Under the pieces are notes generated by a model. That model saw only the letters and a program-made list of their open reading frames with translations, had not been told where the DNA came from and did not search any database. DNA of 64,000 nucleotides. Origin: Myxococcota bacterium (GTDB lineage Bacteria; Myxococcota_A; Polyangia; Nannocystales; Nannocystaceae). Positions 1-9,780 of the stretch are shown here, piece by piece. The position numbers and the translations under genes are program-made. Every line of letters starts with the position of its first letter. The first letter of the stretch is position 1. Location of the stretch: the NCBI GenBank assembly GCA_039194325.1, contig JBCCWC010000012.1, positions 32,001 to 96,000 on the forward strand. Direction: 5' to 3'.

Positions 1-1474
1 GGCGGCCCCCCTCGTGATCCCAGTAGCGATCGCCCAGGCGCACCAGCGTATCGGCAAACTCCCGACGTAGCTGCCCCGCAACCTCCAGGGCCCGCTCGCC
101 CAGCGTGTGGGCCTCCCTCTCCAGGTCGACCACCTCGAGGTAGGCGGTCCGAGCGTCGGGCTCGTCGGGCGGCGGGTAGAGGTAAAACGCGCGAGCCGCC
201 GCCGCCCGAGCGGCGTCGACACGGGCGGCGATCCGATCCTCGACCTCGCTGGAATCGTCCCCGGAGCGCGTCACCATCACCCCGACGACGACCACAACGA
301 GCGCCACAACGAGCGCCCAAGCCCAGGCCCGCCCGGGTTTTCGCAGCGCGTGGGCCGGCTGGGGCATGTTGCGTACCAACGCCTCGTACCGGGCCAGCGG
401 CTCCACTCGGGGCAGCGGCAGCTCATCCCACGGCGTGACGATCTTCGCGGAGATCTGCGCCTCGCAGATCGCCGCCTCGAGCTCGCGCATGTCCTCGTAG
501 CGTTTCTCGGGGTCCTTCTCCAGGCAGCGCATCAGCACCGCCTCGAGGGCGGCCGGGATCTCGACCGAAGGGTTGACCGCGGACGGTAGCGGCGGAGGCT
601 CGGTACACACCCGGCGTAGCAGCGCAAGCACGTCGTTGCCATAGAAGGGCGGTGATCCGGTGAGCATGTGGAACGCCACCGCACCCACCGCATAGATATC
701 GAGGCGATGATCGAAGCGCTCGCCCAGGGCCTGCTCGGGGGCCATGTAGTGAGGCGTGCCCTCCCGTTGGGCTTCGGCTCCCGTGCCCCCTTCGGCGAGC
801 ACCGCGGCCACGCCGAAATCGACGACCTTCACCACGTCGTCTCGACCCTGATTGCGCACCAGCATGATGTTGCCGGGCTTGATGTCGCGATGGATCACGT
901 TGGCGTCGTGGGCCGCGGCCAGCCCCTTGCACAGCTGCCGGAGCATTCCGATGAGCGAGGCGACCTCCATGGGGCCCTCGGTGAGCCGGCGGGCCAGGCT
1001 GTACCCGTGCAGCAGCTCCATGGCGAACCACAGCCGCCCGTCAGGGAGCTCGCCGAAGTCATAGATCTCGACGATGTTGGAGACTTGGCCGTCCTCACTA
1101 CGACCGGCTCGCGAGACCGCGCGGGCTTCCTCGCGAAACATGCGGGCCTGCCGGGAGCTGGGGTCGGCCTCCTTGCGAAGCACCTTGAGCGCCACGCGAC
1201 GCTCGATGTCGACGTGCTCGCACTCGTAGACCACGCCCATGCCCCCCTCACCGAGCCAGCCCACGATGCGATAGCGAGTCCCCGCCACCAGCTTGCCGAG
1301 ACCGAGGCGAACCGGCGCGAGCACCTGCACCCCCGCGCGGTCGGCATCGAGGTGCTGGGGATCGGTCCACAGCGGCTCGTGCAAGCGCACCCTAGAGAGG
1401 CTCGCCTCCCGGGGCCTCGCCCTGCCGGGCTCCGGCGCGGGCTTCGGCCCGTGCGCCCTGCCGTCGCCATCCAT
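1..1474 (-). CDS. Ser/Thr protein kinase with TM segment (partial, runs off window start)
   Basis: Manual translation of a minus frame absent from the ORF track: RYRIVGWLGEGGMGVVY, VALKVL, VIHRDIKPGNIML, then a hydrophobic WALVVALVVVVVGV segment; probable ATG at 1474. Confidence 0.9.
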   Translation of the reverse strand, partial: MDGDGRAHGPKPAPEPGRARPREASLSRVRLHEPLWTDPQHLDADRAGVQVLAPVRLGLGKLVAGTRYRIVGWLGEGGMGVVYECEHVDIERRVALKVLRKEADPSSRQARMFREEARAVSRAGRSEDGQVSNIVEIYDFGELPDGRLWFAMELLHGYSLARRLTEGPMEVASLIGMLRQLCKGLAAAHDANVIHRDIKPGNIMLVRNQGRDDVVKVVDFGVAAVLAEGGTGAEAQREGTPHYMAPEQALGERFDHRLDIYAVGAVAFHMLTGSPPFYGNDVLALLRRVCTEPPPLPSAVNPSVEIPAALEAVLMRCLEKDPEKRYEDMRELEAAICEAQISAKIVTPWDELPLPRVEPLARYEALVRNMPQPAHALRKPGRAWAWALVVALVVVVVGVMVTRSGDDSSEVEDRIAARVDAARAAAARAFYLYPPPDEPDARTAYLEVVDLEREAHTLGERALEVAGQLRREFADTLVRLGDRYWDHEGGR

Positions 1475-1639
1475 CGGTGCCTCGACCTCGAAGAGCCGGC
1501 ATCATACGCGCCTCGGCCCACAGATCGAAGCACGACACCAAAGGGGGCCAGGCCCACGACGTAGTGACCAACACCGGACTCGGGCCTCGCACCGAGGGCC
1601 TACCGTCGCGACCTTTGGTGCCGTGTATGATCCCCCACC

Positions 1640-2617
1640 ATGGCGTGGCTCGCTCCGCTGGGTGTGGCGCTCGGCTTGTTGCTCGGCCCGGCCCAGCCGA
1701 GCTCGATCTCCGCCGTGAGCACGCTGCCGCTGGCCCTGCCCAAGAAGGTCTCTCGGCCCGACCGCAAGGCCCTCCGCTCCCGCTTCGAGGACGGCATCAC
1801 CCGGGCCGGCTTCGAGCACCGCCCCGCCCCGGCCAGCGCCCGAGACTGCAAAGAGGCCGATTGCTACCGCCGCGCCGCCGAGTCAGCCGGTATCGAGGTG
1901 TTCGTAGGCGGCACGATCGAACGCAAGGGACCGGACCATGCGATCGAGCTGTACGCCATCGCCGGTGACACGGGCGAGGTGATCGCATCGGTCGACGGCC
2001 TGTGTGAGATCTGCGGGATCGGTGAGCTCGGAGACATGGTCGGCTCCCTGGCCGCGCGTCTTCGCCCCGCGCTCGACAACAGCATGCTCCCGACCGTGCT
2101 CCTCGTCGAGAGCGACCCCTCGGGGGCGGAGGTCTGGGTGGACGGGGCACAGCTGGGCACCACCCCACTCGAGGCCAACATCTCTCCGGGCACGCACGAG
2201 CTCGAGGTGATCAAGCGTGGGCATCGAACCGAGCACGTGGAGCTCGACGCACGGTCGGGGGTCAAGGCGTCCTTCTCGTTTCGCCTGGCCCGGACCACGG
2301 CCCTGCCTCAGTGGGTCCACTGGACGGCGCTGGGGGTGGGCGCAGGCTCGCTCGGTGGCGGGATCGCCCTGCTGGTGATCGACGAGCGACCCATCGAGCG
2401 CGATTGCAATCCCGACGCCGAGGGGCGTTGCGAGTTCCTCCACGACACCCTCGAAGGCGGCGTGGCCCTCACCATGGTGGGGATCGCCTTGGTCGGCACC
2501 GGGGTGGGCCTGCTGATTGACCAGGCGAAAAAAGACCGGCTCCAGCGCAGTGGCGGGCAAGCGCGACTCCAGCTGGTCCCCGGTCTGCGAGGAGCGAGCT
2601 TGGTGGGCCGCTTCTAA
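1640..2617 (+). CDS. PEGA domain-containing exported protein
   Basis: Signal peptide; LLVESDPSGAEVWVDG..LGTTPL...GTHELEV PEGA signature; C-terminal hydrophobic segments. Confidence 0.85.
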   Translation: MAWLAPLGVALGLLLGPAQPSSISAVSTLPLALPKKVSRPDRKALRSRFEDGITRAGFEHRPAPASARDCKEADCYRRAAESAGIEVFVGGTIERKGPDHAIELYAIAGDTGEVIASVDGLCEICGIGELGDMVGSLAARLRPALDNSMLPTVLLVESDPSGAEVWVDGAQLGTTPLEANISPGTHELEVIKRGHRTEHVELDARSGVKASFSFRLARTTALPQWVHWTALGVGAGSLGGGIALLVIDERPIERDCNPDAEGRCEFLHDTLEGGVALTMVGIALVGTGVGLLIDQAKKDRLQRSGGQARLQLVPGLRGASLVGRF

Positions 2618-2674
2618 TCTGCGAGGGGGCTTTCTTGCGGCTCACACTCGTCCTAAAAGGGGCCTACCCGACGC

Positions 2675-3301
2675 TCAACCGCAGACGTCCTTCATACACT
2701 CCCAAAAGATGTTGCAATCATTGTCACCGTCGCAGGGATCGCCGGGCTCGCCCGTCTGGCACATCTCGAGGGGTCCACACCGGTTGGTGGGGAAACGGCA
2801 ATCGTTGTTATTGGCGCAAGGATCCCCCTTGCTTCCATCCTGACAAGACATCTCGCCACCACAGATGTCGGTGGGGAACCGGCATTCATCGTCTCGGTGA
2901 CAGGGATCTCCCTCGCTCCCATCTTGGCAATAATCTTCACCACCGCAGATATTGGAGGGGATTTGACAGTCGTCATCGTTCTCGCAGGGATCTCCTTCGT
3001 TCCCGTCCTGACACCCCTGCGGCCCACACACTAAGCCAACGGGGCAATCGGACTCATCGGAGCACGGCAATCCCTCGGTCTCTACATCCCCCTCCGATGA
3101 GGACGAACCGAGCCCGCCGGTGGTCGTGTCGGCTCCGGCCGTACTCTGGCTCATCGACCCGGTCACCATCGTGGTGCTCACGGCGGCCGTAGCCGCCCCC
3201 GTAGACGAGCCGGCCCCCGCGGCCCCCTCCCACTCCGGGTTGGGCTGTCGACACCCGGGCAGCGTCATCAAGCCGACGCCGAGCACGAACCACTGCCGCA
3301 T
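2675..3301 (-). CDS. Cys-rich repeat lipoprotein
   Basis: Lipobox-like LPGC, Ser/Thr linker, repeated CQDG..GDPC..DDDC..P..ICG units. Confidence 0.8.
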   Translation of the reverse strand: MRQWFVLGVGLMTLPGCRQPNPEWEGAAGAGSSTGAATAAVSTTMVTGSMSQSTAGADTTTGGLGSSSSEGDVETEGLPCSDESDCPVGLVCGPQGCQDGNEGDPCENDDDCQIPSNICGGEDYCQDGSEGDPCHRDDECRFPTDICGGEMSCQDGSKGDPCANNNDCRFPTNRCGPLEMCQTGEPGDPCDGDNDCNIFWECMKDVCG

Positions 3302-3410
3302 GCGAGCAGTATCTCCATCGACGACCCACCCGAGCAATCCCCGTCCCATGGTGCCAAGAGGTACGCCCCCAACGAGCACGAGACGGAGCCACGGGGACGA
3401 CGTTCCGACC

Positions 3411-3473
3411 CCACGGGGGGTCCACCACGGGGGGTTCACCACGGGGGGTTCACCACGGGGGGTTCACCACGGG
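3411..3473. repeat. 14-bp tandem repeat (CCACGGGGGGTTCA) x4.5
   Basis: Copies at 3411, 3425, 3439, 3453, partial at 3467. Confidence 0.95.
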
Positions 3474-3491
3474 TGGCTCGTGAACCCCGGC

Positions 3492-4541
3492 CTAGCCCGG
3501 CGGCTGGAAGTTATTGCAGGCCCCCTCGATCACCGACACCGCGTCGGCGAAGATCGGTCCGTAATCGGGCTCGCACACGCCACCCAAGAAGCCATTGTCA
3601 CCGAAGAGATTGACGAAGTCGTAGATGTGCACCCCGTCGAAGGCCGCCGAGTCGGGCGTACAGGTCATGCTCTGTTGCCAGTTGATGAGCGCCAGAGCCA
3701 CCGCGTTCTCGGAAATGCCTAGCTTGGCGGCGACCACCGCGTCGTACCAGTCTTGGGGCGTCCCCGAGGACCCCTGGTTCTCCGGGTCGCCCGGTCCGTC
3801 CCACTCGTCGGTGATGATCACGATCACCAACAGGGCATCGTCGCGCAAGAAGCCCTCGTTGCACTGGCCGACACCGCCGTTGTCCCGATTGACCACACTC
3901 ACCAGTGCGTCCATGGGCCGCTCGGTGCCGCTGCCGCTGGTTCCCACCTGGGCCGCACACGCAAAGGACTGGCTGAGGTCGTCGGCTTCCGTCATGTAGT
4001 TGCGACCCGCCGCATAGGGACCACACACCGCATTGCTGGAGAAGTTACCGCCCGTCTCGGTCACCAGCCCGCCGAAGACGCTGCATCCCGGGCCGTTGGG
4101 TCCGTAATCGTCGGTGGTGACCACGCCCACTTGATACTCGTCGACCTGCTCGAGCGAGCTTTGGATCCCCTCGATGAACCCCGGAAAGCTACCCACGAGG
4201 TTGGCTTGCTCATCGTTCATGCTGCCCGAGTTGTCGATGATGAACAAGAAGTCGACCTTGGTGCAGCCCTGCTCGATATCCACGAAGATGTCGGGCATCT
4301 CGTTGACATCGAACTTGAGGGGGCCGTCGTCGCTGCTATCCTGCAAACCCCCCATGGTGGCCACCGAGTCGGTGTTTCCTCCGGTAGGCTCACCGGTGCC
4401 ACCGGTGCCCTCGGAGTTGTTGGTATCCGAGAGGCTGCCGATCCCCGAGCCGCTCTCACTGCGACCTTCGCCGACTCCCTCACAGGCGATGAGCAAACCA
4501 GCGACGCCGACCATCGACGCCCACGATGCTGAGCTCCGCAT
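3492..4541 (-). CDS. vWA-domain lipoprotein
   Basis: LLIAC lipobox; KVDFLFIIDNSGSM (MIDAS DxSxS); LLVIVIITDE. Confidence 0.85.
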   Translation of the reverse strand: MRSSASWASMVGVAGLLIACEGVGEGRSESGSGIGSLSDTNNSEGTGGTGEPTGGNTDSVATMGGLQDSSDDGPLKFDVNEMPDIFVDIEQGCTKVDFLFIIDNSGSMNDEQANLVGSFPGFIEGIQSSLEQVDEYQVGVVTTDDYGPNGPGCSVFGGLVTETGGNFSSNAVCGPYAAGRNYMTEADDLSQSFACAAQVGTSGSGTERPMDALVSVVNRDNGGVGQCNEGFLRDDALLVIVIITDEWDGPGDPENQGSSGTPQDWYDAVVAAKLGISENAVALALINWQQSMTCTPDSAAFDGVHIYDFVNLFGDNGFLGGVCEPDYGPIFADAVSVIEGACNNFQPPG

Positions 4542-4798
4542 TGTCTCGTCCTCCCCGCGCAACCCTCGGTCACGCCTACGACGAGCCAACGCTAGCATTT
4601 TCGAGTACGTCGATGTGGGGGTTGCATCCCCCTTTGACCACATTCTCAAGAGTGCGTTCGTCCACGCCCGATTTCGAGGTATCTGCCCCCACACGCCTTA
4701 TGGAGCGGCGCAAACCGCTCATCGCGCCGGGCGCGGGACCGACCAGGGCACGTAGCCCCTGCGATCCGAGCGCTCCGCTCGAAGCCGCAAAGGAGGAT

Positions 4799-4850
4799 CC
4801 GTCCGGCGGATCCACGGGAGCGGAGCCGTCCGGCGGATCCACGGGAGCGG
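4799..4850. repeat. Direct repeat CCGTCCGGCGGATCCACGGGAGCGG x2 (27-bp period)
   Basis: Copies at 4799 and 4826 in an intergenic region. Confidence 0.85.
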
Positions 4851-4923
4851 TCCCGCCGGAGCGGATCCGCTGGAAGTGGTTCCACCGGAGCGGAGTCGCT
4901 GGACGTGGTGCCGCTGGAGTGAA

Positions 4924-5982
4924 TCAGTTGGGCGGGATGTAGTTCTCACACGCGACGTCGATGATGGCGATCGCCTCGTCGAAGAACGGTGCATAGTCCG
5001 GAGCGCAGATCGGCACCTGGAAGCCGTTGTCGCCCCACATGTCCGTGAACATGGCCATCCCCAGGGCATCGTCGAAGCCACAGCCGCCGCCTGGGGTATT
5101 GATGATGGAGACCACCACCACATTCTCGGGAATGCCGGCCTTGGCTACGAGCACCTCGTCGTACCAGGTCATGGGGAAGCCGATCGAGTCGGTGTCGCTC
5201 TCGTCGGTGATGATCACGATCACCAGCAGAGCCTCTTCCCGAATGAACCCCTCGTTACACTCGCCCGGGTCGCCTTCGATCCGCTGCACCGTCTCGACCA
5301 CCGCCTGCATGGGCCGCTCGGCCGCGCTGCCGCTGGTGCCCACCTGGGCCGCACAGCTGAACGCGGTGGCCAGATCGTCCATCTCGGTCATGTAGTTGTT
5401 GCCCTCGTCATAAGGGCCACACGTGCTGTTGCTGGAGTTACCCCCGCCGGTCTGCACCACCAGCGACGACAGCTGGTTGCAGCCCGGGACGTTGTAGGTA
5501 TAGGCGTCAGTCGTGACCACGCCCACCTGATAGGAGTCGACCGTCTCTAGTACGGTCTGGATCCCGTTGATGAACGCGGGGAAGTTGGCGACGAGGCTGG
5601 CCTGCTCGTCGCCCATGCTGCCCGAGTTGTCGATGACGAACAGGAAGTCGACCTCGCCGCACTGCTCGTCGAACGGCGGCGCCTCGGGGATCGGCGGGAA
5701 GTCGAAGAGGATCGGAGGACCGGTCACCTCGGCCACGCCCGAGGAGCTGCTCGTGCCTTCGGGATCGGCCATCGTGGTGCCCGAGCCTCCCGGCTGCGGC
5801 GTGGGGTCATCAGTGGTCGGCGGCAGAGGGGCCCCGGAGCTCACCCCGGGCGTTGGTGATTCAGTAGTGGTGGTGCCGTTGGATTCGTCGTCGTCGTCGA
5901 CCCCGGTGGGCAACCCGGGGCAACCGAGCAAGGGCAGACAGAGCGACAGGGCGAGAAATGGCGACCGTGGCGAGTGGTGCAT
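4924..5982 (-). CDS. vWA-domain lipoprotein (paralog of 3492-4541)
   Basis: LLGC lipobox; EVDFLFVIDNSGSM; shared blocks NYMTE, FxCAAQVGTSGS, CNEGF. Confidence 0.85.
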   Translation of the reverse strand: MHHSPRSPFLALSLCLPLLGCPGLPTGVDDDDESNGTTTTESPTPGVSSGAPLPPTTDDPTPQPGGSGTTMADPEGTSSSSGVAEVTGPPILFDFPPIPEAPPFDEQCGEVDFLFVIDNSGSMGDEQASLVANFPAFINGIQTVLETVDSYQVGVVTTDAYTYNVPGCNQLSSLVVQTGGGNSSNSTCGPYDEGNNYMTEMDDLATAFSCAAQVGTSGSAAERPMQAVVETVQRIEGDPGECNEGFIREEALLVIVIITDESDTDSIGFPMTWYDEVLVAKAGIPENVVVVSIINTPGGGCGFDDALGMAMFTDMWGDNGFQVPICAPDYAPFFDEAIAIIDVACENYIPPN

Positions 5983-6312
5983 GGTTGGGACGACCTCGAC
6001 GAATGAATTACCGAACAACCGCAGGTGCCGTGAAATCTACCGCAAAATGAGCCTCACTGGCTCATGATGTCGATCGAACGCGACGCCCAAGAACCTTCGG
6101 GGCGACGGCGATCGACTCGTGGCCGGGCACGAAGAGGGGTCTGGAGCCGACATCGCGTCTGATGCGCCCTCGTGCTCGGCCCGCCAGGCGGCTACCCATT
6201 GGGCCTGTCGCCCAACGTCCTGCCCAACGTTCAATGGGCCCGAAGCGTAGTCATGCGCCCGCTGTGCCAGCAATGTGGTGATTGGCCCCCAAGGCTCCCC
6301 TCAAGGGCCGCT

Positions 6313-6354
6313 ATCGTCTCAGGGGCCATCGTCTCAGGGGCCATCGTCTCAGGG
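6313..6354. repeat. 15-bp tandem repeat ATCGTCTCAGGGGCC x~3
   Basis: Read directly from sequence. Confidence 0.9.
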
Positions 6355-6461
6355 ATAGCCCCACGTGCCCGAAATCCGCTACAGGACCCGCCGAAACTCG
6401 ATACGACGGTTCTATGCCCGCCCCTTCATCGTTGTCGTTGCTCGCCATTGGCTCATCGGGC

Positions 6462-6503
6462 CCAGCCCTCTTCGTCCAGCCCTCTTCGTCCAGCCCTCTT
6501 CGT
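6462..6503. repeat. 14-bp tandem repeat CCAGCCCTCTTCGT x3
   Basis: Read directly from sequence. Confidence 0.9.
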
Positions 6504-6798
6504 GTCGATGCGCACGCCGTCAATGCCGTGCCCGGCCAGCCAGTACTTGACGGCTGAGGCCCGATCGGCCCAAGGTGCTATGTTGGGCTGCCGGTGCATC
6601 GACCATCGATGTGCCCGGGGGGTCTCCACCTTATATGGAGTCGATCCGGATAGTCCCCCGAGCACCTGGCCGCCGCTTCGAGCGCCCCTTGCGACTCTTT
6701 ACGGATCTCAGCGCGACCCGTCTCGAAGTAAATTCCCTCGATCGCCCCGGTAAACTTCTCCACTTCCGCGGCACCAGGCCGCGCTACGCTGTGGATCG

Positions 6799-8463
6799 AT
6801 GGCACGCGAGATCCGAGCTCCTCGGGGAGAACAACGATCCTGCAAGGGTTGGCCGCAGGAGGCCGCCCTGCGCATGCTCATGAACAACCTCGATCCGGAG
6901 GTAGCCGAGCGACCCCAAGACCTCGTCGTCTACGGGGGTACGGGCCGGGCCGCGCGCTCATGGGCGGACTTCGACCGGATCGTGGCCTCGCTGCGTGATC
7001 TGGAGGGCGACGAGACCCTCGTGGTGCAGAGCGGCCGGGCCCAGGGGATCTTCAAGACCCACGAGGATGCCCCCCGGGTCCTCATCGCCAACAGCTTGCT
7101 CGTGCCGCAGTGGGCCCACTGGGACGAGTTCAACCGTCTCGAGGCGCTGGGGCTGACCATGTATGGCCAGATGACCGCGGGCAGCTGGATCTACATCGGC
7201 ACGCAGGGGATCTTGCAGGGTACCTACGAGACCTTCGCCGCGTGCGCCCGGGCCCACTTCGACGGGAACCTGAGCGGTCGCTTGGTGGTGACGGGGGGCC
7301 TGGGGGGCATGGGCGGTGCTCAACCGCTGGCGGCCACCATGAACGGCGCCGCCGTGCTGTGTGTCGAGGTCGACCCGGACCGGATCGAGCGGCGGCTACA
7401 GACCGGTTACCTGATGAAGTCTACCCAGACCCTCGATGAGGCCTTGCGGATGCTCGACGAGGCTCGCAGCCGGGGCGAGGCGCTCTCGGTGGGTCTTTTG
7501 GGCAACTGCGCCGCCGTGCTGCCCGAGCTGGTCCGCCGCGGCGTCATCCCCGACGTCGTCACCGATCAGACCAGCGCCCACGACGAGCTCAACGGCTACG
7601 TGCCCGATGGGCTCTCGCTGGCCGACGCCGCGCAGATGCGCGCCGAGGATCCTCAAGCGTACATACGCCGCAGCGTCGACGCGATGGGTCGGCACGTGGC
7701 GGCCCTGCGCGCCATGCACCAAAAGGGGGCGATCGCCTTCGACTACGGCAACAACATCCGCGCCCAAGCGGTCAAGGCCGGGGTCGACGATGCCTTCGAG
7801 ATCGAGGGCTTCATCCCGCTTTACATCCGCCCCCTCTTTTGCGAAGGGCAGGGGCCGTTTCGCTGGGCGGCGATCTCCGGCGATCCCGAGGACATCCGGC
7901 GTACCGACGACGCGCTCCTCGAGCTGTTTCCGCACAAGGTCCAGCTACGCCGATGGATCGAGCTGGCCCGCAAGCAGGTGCAGTTCCAGGGCTTGCCCTG
8001 CCGGATCTGCTGGCTCGGCTACGGGGAGCGCCAGCGGGCCGGGCTCCGCTTCAACGACATGGTCCGCCGTGGGGAGCTCGCCGGGCCGATCGTGATCGGC
8101 CGCGACCACCTCGACTGCGGCAGCGTGGCCTCGCCCAACCGGGAGACCGAGGGCATGAAGGATGGCTCGGACGCGATCGCCGACTGGCCGGTGCTCAATG
8201 CCCTGCTCAACACCGCCGCCGGAGCGACCTGGGTCTCGGTGCACCATGGCGGCGGGGTGGGGATCGGGTACTCGCTGCACGCGGGCATGGTCGTGGTGGC
8301 CGACGGCAGCGAAGGCGCCGCGCGACGGCTCGAGCGGGTGCTGACGACCGATCCGGGCATGGGCGTGGTCCGGCACGTGGACGCGGGGTACGACGAAGCC
8401 ACGGCCTTCGCGACCCAGCACGGCGTGCGGGTGCCGGGGCGCACGACGTTGACCGACCGATGA
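6799..8463 (+). CDS. hutU: Urocanate hydratase
   Basis: [68 protein letters not shown]. Confidence 0.98.
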   Translation: MAREIRAPRGEQRSCKGWPQEAALRMLMNNLDPEVAERPQDLVVYGGTGRAARSWADFDRIVASLRDLEGDETLVVQSGRAQGIFKTHEDAPRVLIANSLLVPQWAHWDEFNRLEALGLTMYGQMTAGSWIYIGTQGILQGTYETFAACARAHFDGNLSGRLVVTGGLGGMGGAQPLAATMNGAAVLCVEVDPDRIERRLQTGYLMKSTQTLDEALRMLDEARSRGEALSVGLLGNCAAVLPELVRRGVIPDVVTDQTSAHDELNGYVPDGLSLADAAQMRAEDPQAYIRRSVDAMGRHVAALRAMHQKGAIAFDYGNNIRAQAVKAGVDDAFEIEGFIPLYIRPLFCEGQGPFRWAAISGDPEDIRRTDDALLELFPHKVQLRRWIELARKQVQFQGLPCRICWLGYGERQRAGLRFNDMVRRGELAGPIVIGRDHLDCGSVASPNRETEGMKDGSDAIADWPVLNALLNTAAGATWVSVHHGGGVGIGYSLHAGMVVVADGSEGAARRLERVLTTDPGMGVVRHVDAGYDEATAFATQHGVRVPGRTTLTDR

Positions 8464-9311
8464 CCACCACGGAGCGGCCGCGACCCGCGAGCGAGCAGGA
8501 GGAGGTCGAGGCCGTGGTGGCCGCGATCAAGGGCTCCCGCAAGTATCGGGCGGTCAGCGTGGACACGATCCGCGCGCTGACCCGGCAGGCATACCCCGAG
8601 CACCGCAAGCGCAAGGCGCTGGACAAGGCGGTACGTCGGAGGCTGCACGGGATCGTGGCCTCGCACCTGGGTGATCCCGAGTACGAGGGGCTGGCCGCGA
8701 GCCTGGCTGACGCGCTGGCCCGCGGGGACGCGGCCCAGGAGCGGGTGCTGTGCGCGCACGCCCTGCGTCAGCATCTGAGCACCCGTGAACGCTGGCCGTA
8801 CCTCACGGAGTTCTATGCTGCGATCTTCGAGCACACCGGGCAGCCGGGCACCGTGCTCGACCTGGCCTGCGCACTGGGCCCGCTGGCTCTGCCGTGGATG
8901 GGGCTGCCCGCGACCACCGAGCTATGGGCCTACGACATCCACGAGCCTCGGGTGGCCTTGATCGATGGCTACTTGCGCCAGCGAGGCCAGGCCGGGGGAG
9001 CGGAGGTGCGGGACATCGTGCTCGACCCCCCGCGAAGGAGAGCCGACGTGGTGTTGCTGCTCAAGGAGCTGCATCGGCTCCAGCGCAACTACCCCAGGCT
9101 CGGGTCGGGGCTCGGGTCCGACTGGCTCGCTGCCCTACCCGCGCAGCATCTGGTGGTCTCGCTGCCCGCGATCAGCGCTCATGGCGGCCGGCGGCTGACG
9201 ACGCACTATCGGCAAATGATCCACCGGCTGGTCGACGGGCGCGGCTGGGCCATCCAGGAGATAGGATTCGAGCACGAGGTGGTGTTTTGCCTGGACACCC
9301 GACCGGGCTGA
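8460..9311 (+). CDS. 16S rRNA m7G1405 methyltransferase-like protein (ArmA/Rmt/FmrO family)
   Basis: ATG overlaps hutU stop (ATGA); [50 protein letters not shown] motifs. Confidence 0.85.
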   Translation: MTTTERPRPASEQEEVEAVVAAIKGSRKYRAVSVDTIRALTRQAYPEHRKRKALDKAVRRRLHGIVASHLGDPEYEGLAASLADALARGDAAQERVLCAHALRQHLSTRERWPYLTEFYAAIFEHTGQPGTVLDLACALGPLALPWMGLPATTELWAYDIHEPRVALIDGYLRQRGQAGGAEVRDIVLDPPRRRADVVLLLKELHRLQRNYPRLGSGLGSDWLAALPAQHLVVSLPAISAHGGRRLTTHYRQMIHRLVDGRGWAIQEIGFEHEVVFCLDTRPG

Positions 9312-9395
9312 GGCGCCACGGCTACTCGGCACCCGAGGAAGACTTGTGGCTCCAGGGCGGGCTGTCCTTCCGCGCTCGAAATTAGACCACGGGGG

Positions 9396-9658
9396 GGTCC
9401 ACCACCTCCCCCAGCCCCAATCTTTAGCCTCCGGCGAGGTCCACCACCTCACCCTGCCCCAATCTTTGGCCCTCGGGGAGGTCTACCACCTCACCCTGCC
9501 CCAATCTTTGGCCCTCGGGGAGGTCTACCACCTCCCCCCAGCCCCAATCTTTAGCCTCCGGCGAGGTCCACCACCTCACCCTGCACCAATCTTTGGCCCT
9601 CGGGGAGGTCCACCACCTCACCGAGGGCCAATCTTTAGCCCCCGGAGAGTCGACCACC
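9396..9658. repeat. 42-bp imperfect tandem array, 6 units plus a degenerate 7th
   Basis: Units start at 9396, 9438, 9480, 9522 (43 bp), 9565, 9607; consensus about GGTCCACCACCTCACCCTGCCCCAATCTTTGGCCCTCGGGGA. Confidence 0.95.
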
Positions 9659-9780
9659 GAGCCTCGGCCGATCTCGAGCGCGTCACCAGCGCAGCACCGG
9701 TGCACGCGCGCGTCGAGGGTCGGCTATCGCCATCAAAGTTGCGATCGGCGGCCCGCTGGGCCAAAGGTGGTCTCCTCGCG

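Noticed and set aside
107..1564. Plus-strand ORFs 107-589 and 668-1564
   Set aside because: Antisense shadows of the kinase gene; most overlapping ORFs in the track are similar high-GC artefacts
9396..9658. CRISPR array
   Set aside because: Units are contiguous with no unique spacers, and no cas genes are in the window
9346..9780. N-terminal extension of RsmI through the repeat array
   Set aside because: The canonical RsmI start [11 protein letters not shown] is at 9781, and the repeat peptide changes phase at the 43-bp unit
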